The notes beneath the pieces were generated by a model. The model did not search any database and had not been told where the DNA came from. It saw only the letters and a list, made by a program, of their open reading frames with translations. DNA of 64,000 nucleotides, from contig CAJNYD010000035.1 of the NCBI GenBank assembly GCA_905331295.1, positions 248,001-312,000 on the forward strand, given 5' to 3'. This document shows positions 55,858 through 64,000 of this stretch, in pieces. How positions within the stretch are numbered: the first letter of the stretch is position 1; each line of letters starts with the position of its first letter. The translations under genes were made by a program, and so were the position numbers. The stretch comes from Rotaria socialis (lineage: Eukaryota).

Positions 55858-57522
55858 CCTTCATTTTCCCCTTATATCATTTTGTTTCTCATGCAGTCTT
55901 GTACATTTTTGAATATCTCTTCTTGTTTATATCGAATTCTTTTACTCTCCCCTAGTCTAATCTCCTCAGTAGCAGCTAGCTTTTGTTTTCGTTTTTCTTT
56001 CGTTTGCGCATGTACGTTAATATCAATAATTCGTAGACAAAGCCATTGTGTATATATGTATACGTATACATATATATATATATATATATATATAAGTGTT
56101 TTTTTTTAAATACCATCCATAATGACAGTTGGCGTAAATAATATTGATGAATTGTATTCTCTACTGAAAAAAAGTAATAAAAATTTCTAATTTATTTAAA
56201 ATAATCTTTTGAAATTAATTCATTGATTTGACATAGAACATTTAGTTAATTTAACTGATTTGTACGTTTGATGGGATTAAATAAAGTGTATCTGATGTTA
56301 CTTTTTCTTAGATCTGAATTATATTTGGATAAGCTTTTCGGTGTCGATTCAAGAAAATTAATGCGATAAGAAGCTTAGTGAAATACTTTTCATAGTAAAA
56401 GATTTAGAAATAGAAATTTATTGAAACATTGATAAATATGTACTCATTCTATTTAAAGAGTTATTTAGACAAATATTTACAATTAGGAAAAATATTTTGG
56501 ACAGAGAATGCGACGATGAAAAGTGCTAATTAACATTCCATGTAACTTACGAACTTGATCAATGATTCCTGACTGAATCTCATCATTTACGAAGCTATTC
56601 GTGCTGCTTATTTTGCCTGCCTGTTTGTGTAATTGTTTTGTTAACTCAAATTTTCGATCGTGGTTGGTAAAATAGTACAGATTATGAACCGAATTCCTAC
56701 ATATTATCTGATAAAGAAAATGGTAGTAACTGAAGAGAATCGCCTTTTTTTATGCAATATGTAGATTTCTTTTTTCACTCAATTTGATCAAGCGTATTAT
56801 CGATATTAAATCTTCAGTAAAATATATCGAGATTGGTTGCATTGCATCTAAATACATTGAATCTATTTTCATGAAAAATTCGCAATAGAAGGAATTTCTA
56901 TTGTGTGCCGAAACTGACTCGATGAATATAGTTAAGGAGATTTTTGAAGAAAGAAGATCTCATTAGTAGTCATCAAAGAAATGATCTGAATAAGATAATA
57001 TAAGATGAGACAAAAAAAATAGTCTCATACAATGACTTTGTTTGTTTCATTTCATTACATTATATTCAAAGCAATAGTTACGTACTTCACATAAGTTCTA
57101 CAAATTTGTTTTTTAGGATTAAGTAGGGTAAATTTGGTAGGGTACATATGGCTATATTCTCTTCATCTACTAGGCATCTCTTCAAGGTCAAATTTTCATT
57201 CATATTTTTTGACACACAGCCTCACCTACATATCTTTTTAGAATATACTAGAAAAATCAAACATTTTAATTGATCAAAAAAAAATACAGCAGTACATCAT
57301 AATGAATCTGATTTATGAGCAAATTTACTTTGTGTCAACTGAAAAATTAGGAAAATCAAATCTATTAGAAGCGTAGTGTCTTACTTAATGAAATTAATTT
57401 AAGAATTCTTAACGATTTCATCGACAAAGAAACAACGAGAAAATTTTCAATGAATAGCATGATTCGTTCTATTTAACAATAAGCAATTTAACAAGAGATA
57501 GAAAAGAATTAATTTTTATTAA

Positions 57523-57596
57523 GAAAATCAAAATAAACTAAAAAATCAAAATAAACTAAAAAATCAAAATAAACTAAAAAATCAAAATAAACTAAA
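57523..57596. repeat. 18-bp minisatellite (AAAAATCAAAATAAACTA) x ~4
   Basis: Tandem copies directly visible; they overlap the 3' end of the DYW relic. Confidence 0.9.
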
Positions 57597-57901
57597 ATTA
57601 TCTTGACACAAACATAGTCTCCTAGTATGAGTATAATAGATACTAGTGACATCACGTACTATGTCTTGATATCATCTAAAAATCAATGATCACAGAAAAT
57701 ATTCAAATATCTCTATCACACACACACACGGCAATCTCCGCAGGCATGAAGATTATTTGTAATTTGAATAAATGATGGTCGAGTTTGTTGTACAAGATTG
57801 AATGTGATAGCAAGTTTCTTACCTCGACAATACAAAACTGGTTGAATAGTTTTGCCATGTTCAAGTGGAACAGTGACCCAATTTGACTCACACTCTTTCA
57901 A
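57594..57901 (-). pseudogene. Decayed DYW deaminase domain of a PPR-DYW gene
   Basis: SNWVTVPLEHGKTIQPVLYCRGKKLAITFNLVQQTRPSFIQITNNLHACGDC, then a phase-1 intron (57729-57676), H, a frameshift, and IVRDVTSIYYTHTRRLCLCQDNF. This parallels the DYW consensus HSEKLAIAF..I.KNLRVCGDCH..IIVRD..R.HHF..G.CSC.D.W. The HSE motif is lost and there is an in-frame stop. Confidence 0.8.
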
Positions 57902-60024
57902 TTAATAAAGAATAATAATAATCACCATTTCGAAGTTCAGTAGTGTTAGGTTTTCAATAAAATATTGAGTGTGTATTTTAGAAAAAGAAATCTTTATTTT
58001 ACTACATTCTCGAAAAACGTTTTATCCATTTGGTACTATGTAGTATTATCTGGCGATCTTGTTGAACTTCATAAAATAATTGATAAGAATTGGCCAGTGT
58101 AAAATGTTTGCCGGTGACAAGACAAACACCCAAAATTTACATTCACATAAACTTGCTTCAGATTTCATCATAGTAAATGCTGACTTTATGTACAACAACG
58201 GGCTTGAGTACAATCGTGATACAAAAGATATTTTGGACTATTGTTGAATTTATTTTTGTTGACTCAAACATTGGAATAGATGAGCTAACATGTTAATCTG
58301 ACATCAATACAATCAAGCTTCAAACCACCGCGCTCTATGACAACAAAGTTCTTAGAATATCCACAAAATCCTACAGTTTTTCTTTTATTAATAATCAACA
58401 ATTGTTGTGCTTTCTGTGGATTTTACGAAAGTTTTATCATAATCATTATAAATTTAATTTATACAAAATGAATAATTACCGAACGTTGACAGAATTTATA
58501 ATAGAATACTTGATACGTCACCTTTGTGCTATTGAACTAGTTGATATAATTACAAACATCCTCAACATAGAGAAAAAAGATTCCATTAGGAATCACGTTT
58601 TTCGTCCGACCTATTTCATTTATGTCAGTGCACACTTCGTCAAGGCGTAACCTCTGGTGCCCATCTACTAGTCTATACAATTCACCTCGCTATTATATTT
58701 ACAATATGCTTCTTGGTGATGTCATAATCAAGACAATGAAAAAAGCAGTATTTATTCAATATTCTTAGAAACAAACAATTAGCTTAACAAAAAACAAATG
58801 CGGGTACCAATAAATTCATCAAAAATTGTTGTTTTCATCTCTGGCAATTATCTTCCTTGAACACTCTGTTAAGTGTAAATCTTTCTTCAAATATGTAAAA
58901 ATATATGCCGATGAATACTTATCATTCTACAAAAGTTACAATAATAGACTCTAGAACAATCATAGTAAATGCACAATAGCAAAACTTCACCATTGACCTC
59001 AAATGTTACCATCAAAAACGCATTTATTTTAACATATTTTCAAAATATTCGATACCACTTGGTTTGTTTTTAATCGATGAACACCATTGATATGATATAA
59101 TAGAAGCGATGAACCATTCCATTTATAGACTTATATACTATTGGAATGATGTTCGTAGCGTTAAAAGTAAATAGCTGCCAAAGAAGTTAACAAGCTCTAA
59201 GAGAATCTCCAGATTTTTCTTAGAACCATTCATAGATAAAGTACACACTTCCTCATTGTTAAGTATACGTGAGAATCTGTATGGGAAATAATCATTTAAT
59301 TGATGTTCTTTTCTTTTCGTCGATAAAATGACTAAATCGTACAATAAACTCATGGTGACGCAAAAATGATTCCATAAATGTTATCTAGACTATCGACAGC
59401 ATTTTTCTCTTAGAAGAAATTATTCTACTATATCACTAGTCGCTATATAAAGCCAGATTAATACATGCGAACTACTTCTTCCGAATCAAATTGAAAATCG
59501 GTGCACAGGCTCTAGTTTTATTTGATCAAACTAATAGCTTGCATAATTTAACACTAGGATATACATAATTACAAATACTTTATAGAATAGTTCTCGTATC
59601 TTTTTTCTAATCGTTAATGTTTTGTAACCTTTGCTTTTATTTTAGTTACTTGTACCATGCAAAAGCTTTTGAAATATGATAAACAATTTTTTATTAGCCA
59701 GCGAAAATAGACACCATCGAGCAGCTAACATTGTACAACAGATATCTGTTTCGCATCTAAAGTCTAGAAGAATTCCAATTTTTAGACTCTTTTAGTTCCG
59801 AACCGTATCGAACGATAAATTTCCTTATTGGTAGCTTTTCATGAAGAAAATCGAGCATTGTCCAATAAAAGTAGAATACGATGAATCGCGGAAGTCGATT
59901 TCGAAAAAATTTAAAATATGAGACATCATGTATCCGTGCCATTGGCGGACTGCCACGAGGCAATTGCTGGCAATTGACACAGCTGAAAATATTATTTGGA
60001 GCATATATCTATCTGTATTATATA

Positions 60025-60521
60025 CCCGATGTCATCAAAATCGTGACGAAATCGTGCGATTTTATCGCGATATATCGCCAAGACTAATGATTTTGTGTCA
60101 ATTTTCCCAACAAAATGAAGATTCATCAAACAACGATACATTTTTGACGAAACAGGTTGATGGCATCAGATCGTTTATCATAGGGCCTCCTCAAGCTCAT
60201 TTCCTTTATATTTCTTGTTCTACAAAAAGAGCTCAATAAACAGGTAACAAAAGTAATCAATAGAAAAAGTACGAATAACAGTGCCAAATAGCTTGAGAAT
60301 GAAGACAGATAGTTAGTTTGACAACAATATGAATGATATTATGTGATTTCCCATAATATTAGCCACTGTGGACATTTAAGTGAAAATCGACGATTTATCG
60401 CGATAAAATCGCTATCTATGTACTATTTTGATAAAAATCGACGACTAATCACGGATAAATCGACGATTTTTTCAAAAATCGTGATTAATCTTCAAAATTA
60501 CGAACATTTCGACGACATGGG
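60025..60521. mobile_element. Degenerate MITE with TA flanks
   Basis: Imperfect termini CCCGATGTCATCAAAAT / ATTTCGACGACATGGG, both flanked by TA. Internal perfect 17-bp inverted pair GCGATTTTATCGCGATA (60056-60072) / TATCGCGATAAAATCGC (60396-60412). Confidence 0.55.
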
Positions 60522-61099
60522 TATGCATACGCTACAGCCAAAACATGACTTTCTTTTAAAAAGAATTAGGCATTCTTATTTATTGCCACACTCATATAAG
60601 ACGCTGGCAAGCCCATGATCCGTGCATACTATGACATGATGACCTCGAGGCTAAAAATGATTAAAACACGCTAAAATTGTATTACAAGGGCTTTAAATCG
60701 AACAACATTTTATTTATCCGTGAAAATCCATTCCTTGTAAAAATTTGAAAGTTTTTTTTCTAGATTCACAGCGATAAAAATGTCCCTGTCGTTTGTGGAA
60801 CTACTGATGATCAGTTTTCTCAAAAGTCCGTTGTATTTCGAGAATAAGAACAATTTGATAAAATAATTCATTAAGCATAATAGAATTTTAAAAATAACTT
60901 TAGAAGGAAAAAAATAGTTAAAGTAGGTATGTATTAAAAGATAGCTGTAATCTTAGAGAAGCAAAATAAAGAAGAAATATTAGGAAAAAAATGCAAAAAT
61001 AGATACCACGAATATATATATTTGAGATATTAAAAGAGACAATTTAGTCACGAAAATATTATATTTTAATACTACTGTGTTACTAATGCGTATAAGTGA

Positions 61100-61464
61100 T
61101 TAATATGGATCATCACCGAAGCCAACAATTTTTCGACGGGCAACTGAAATCAAATTAAAGTTTTAACGACTACTTTTAAAAATTGAGAAAAGATAACTTT
61201 ACATTGTCTTTTGCTACCATAACTATTGTCGTCTTCGTCGTCGTCGAACATACTGTTCTCGCGACGACGTTGCATTTCTCTTTCTAGATGTTCCAAAACT
61301 TGACCTCTAAGAGCATTTTTGGGACGCTAAAATAGATAATCTCATATAAAAATGATCGCTTCAACTGGAATTGAAATTCATACATGTTTTTGTTCACGTG
61401 CATCGATGATAAATATCAGAGAAAATGTTAAGATCAATACGAGTATCACTATTTTTGTCTTCAT
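61100..61464 (-). CDS. Small secreted prohormone/neuropeptide-precursor-like protein (82 aa), copy 1
   Basis: Exons 61464-61384, 61326-61203 and 61143-61100 give MKTKIVILVLILTFSLIFIIDA-REQKHRPKNALRGQVLEHLEREMQRRRENSMFDDDEDDNSYGSKRQFARRKIVGFGDDPY*. It has a signal-peptide-like N-terminus and basic cleavage clusters; the splice sites are conserved in copy 2. Confidence 0.72.
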
Positions 61465-63455
61465 TATAAATGGTATCGAATTTAAGACCTATTTTTAAAA
61501 AGAAAAAAAATATTGATGACACAATTTCATGCAGGTATCATAATTTATTGTAAATAAACTAATGCAATTTTTCGTTCTCAAATGATGCAAGAATAAATGT
61601 TAGTAATCGTGAACAAGAGAGTGATATTATTTAATAGAAAGGTTTTCGTTTCGTCAATATTGTCGCAGTGATCAGCGGTGCATATCATATATTTATTTTC
61701 ATTATTTTTGTCCACTCCTATTTTTTTTCACTTTCTTATTTCAGAAATTACCTATCTACCTTCTTACCGTCTCCTACATAAATGTATATCTTTCTGTTTG
61801 ATATATAGCTGATGCAGCGCAGTTGGTCTCAGCCAAGCTAGTCACCTGTTTGTTTTTCTGTCGCAATCATGTTTTTTATGCATTTAATTTATAAAAATAT
61901 CAAAAGCTACACTTTCTTCTGTATTAGATATTCGGCAAGAAAACGAAAAACAAAAATATCTGTTGTACTATCTAGCTTTTCAGAAAATTAAAATTTTTGA
62001 TATATTAGTTTCTGTTTTAATTGTTTACGGCTGATTAAATGCTTAAAGTATCTCTTTTATCTTGTTTTTAACCAAATAATAAAAAAAACTGACGAATGTG
62101 CTTAATGAGAAGACAAACAGGCAATGTTGGCACATAATTTTTGATTCGTTTTTAGAGTTAATCATTCACACAACTATATATTCTAATACAAGAAAATAAT
62201 TTTTTATTTCACATAAAAATCATGAGATTTTTTGCATGACTTCAGTCTAATCAAAAGTATAAATGTCACTCTCAATGACAACCTAATAGTCCTTCAATGG
62301 AATGGGAAGTCAAAATAATACATCGGAAGTTATATATGTATGTGTGGGCGCAAGCAAGCGAATATTAGTTTACATAAAATACGCACGTGAGTCAATAGGC
62401 AATGTATGATCGATCAATGTATGATCCGATGTAGAATTCAATAGAATACTTAAGATTACAAAAGACGATGCATCTATAATATTTCTCATCATAACAAAAT
62501 GCCAGCTGAGCCGGTGACAACATGTGACATGAATACTAATTCAGTAGTTCGACGACTACCAAATGCATGTAAGTCTACGCTATGTATTTTTGATAAGAGA
62601 TGTCTTAAAGAATGTGTGACCTAACACCTGATAATCTAGTTAATTTAACAAGAAGCTAAGTACGTTGACTCTGTAGACTGGCATAATAAAAGCGATGCAC
62701 ACATTATCATTATGCTCGTAGCTATGAAAACTATTCAGTAAAATATAACTTACGCCCCTGTTTTATGTTAAAATTGTGATATATTTTCGAATGTGCCATT
62801 GAAATTCTACTTATTATGATCAAAGATACAAGCTATTATCCTAGAACTATTTTCTATTATGAGAACAAAAAATATGACGATTTGACATAATTTGTACGCC
62901 TACTTGAAACACTATAAATAGTAATACTTCTTTTACAATTGCAATCGTTTAAATATATCAATGCGAAAAAATGAAAAGCGTCAAAGAAATGACTGAGTAG
63001 AATAATTATGCGTGATTCATTTTTACTTAATAGAAGGTGTACATAAATTTCTTTATGGTACTATTTATATTTAAATTGCAATCAATAGTAAGATATTGGC
63101 ATGTTTTTACCTTTTTAGAACTACGAAGTTCATGATAAAAACAAGTAAAGAAATTTAAAAGTTTATTGAGTTGTGCCAGATTTACTATCTCTCATTGGAA
63201 AGTTTCAAGTTATTTAAATCATTTGATAATACACGATTTAATTTTATTTAAAAAATAAATGCGGAAACATCGGATTTGCATCCGATTGTTATGTGTACTT
63301 CAAAAAGCGAAAATGTACATCTATTTTTTTCCTGTAAGGCATAGATCTCATCAAGATACATCCCTTCTCACTGAATTGCAAGGAGAAAATACAGACGTGC
63401 TAAGTTAGCATGGGCCACACTGTATGCAACTCTATCCAGTGATCACTGACTCTAN

Positions 63456-63675
63456 TTTTCTCTGATATTTATCATCGATGCACGTGAACAAAAACATGTA
63501 TGAATTTCAATTCCAGTTGAAGCGATCATTTTTATATGAGATTATCTATTTTAGCGTCCCAAAAATGCTCTTAGAGCTCAAGTTTTGGATTATCTAGAAA
63601 GAGAAATGCAACGTCGTCGCGAGAACAGTATGTTCGACGACGACGAAGACGAAGACGACGACAACTACAACTACA

Positions 63676-63709
<34 letters not shown>

Positions 63710-63843
63710 AGGCGACAATAGTTATGGTCGCAAAAGACAATGTAAAGTTACCTTTTCTCAATTTTTAAAAGTAGTCGTTAAAACTTTAATTTGATTTCAG
63801 TTGCTCGTCGAAAAGTTGTTGGCTTAGGTGATGAACCTTTTTA
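63456..63843 (+). CDS. Copy 2 of the small secreted protein, 5'-truncated at an assembly N, with an expanded Asp tract
   Basis: Reverse-complement match to 61107-61425 with the same two introns: ..FSLIFIIDAREQKH/RPKNALRAQVLDYLEREMQRRRENSMF(D-rich)NSYGRKRQ/FARRKVVGLGDEPF*. Homology begins right after the N at 63455. Confidence 0.68.
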
Positions 63844-64000
63844 AGAATCCTTGAAATATCGAAATCATTTGTATGAAACGAAACATTATTCAAAAAATTT
63901 TTCTGTGCTTTACTTCGATATCCATATATTCGATTTGTTCAGTTTTCTTTATTGAATTAATGCATTCATCTTTCAATAAATATCTACTTTTATTGTCTAT

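Noticed and set aside
57523..57596. CRISPR-like array
   Set aside because: Head-to-tail tandem repeat without spacers, in a eukaryotic context.
59755..60840. ORFs 59757-60618 as genes
   Set aside because: They overlap MITE-like and repeat-like sequence and have no splice-consistent structure or domain.
61107..63837. The long inverted repeat as transposon TIRs
   Set aside because: The arms are spliced gene copies, there is no TSD, and one arm begins at an assembly N.

Overview
This is AT-rich eukaryotic (animal) genomic DNA with many 45-75 nt GT-AG introns. The short introns, poly-Asn tracts and a spliced PPR-DYW relic suggest a bdelloid rotifer, which is an inference. Manual splicing gives, in order: the 5' part of a DNAI4/WDR78 dynein intermediate chain gene (-), an FTZ-F1/NR5A nuclear receptor (+), a KChIP-like calcium sensor (-), an innexin (-), AGBL4/CCP6 (-) head-to-head with NPEPPS (+), an intronless 403-aa TagB/TagF-like GT-B protein (+) ending 53 bp before WDR44 (+), INPP5A (+) with a nested antisense gene and two alternative last exons, a decayed PPR-DYW gene (-), and an inverted pair of small prohormone-like genes. 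Three observations stand out. (1) A 1.2-kb foldback TIR element sits inside a conserved DNAI4 coding exon and supplies a GTAAGG donor that could splice it out in frame. (2) A bacterial-type teichoic-acid-polymerase-like gene appears to be embedded in the WDR44 transcription unit. (3) INPP5A can apparently end in either a CaaX or a PDZ-binding C-terminus. All family assignments rest on motif recognition by eye; no searches were run.
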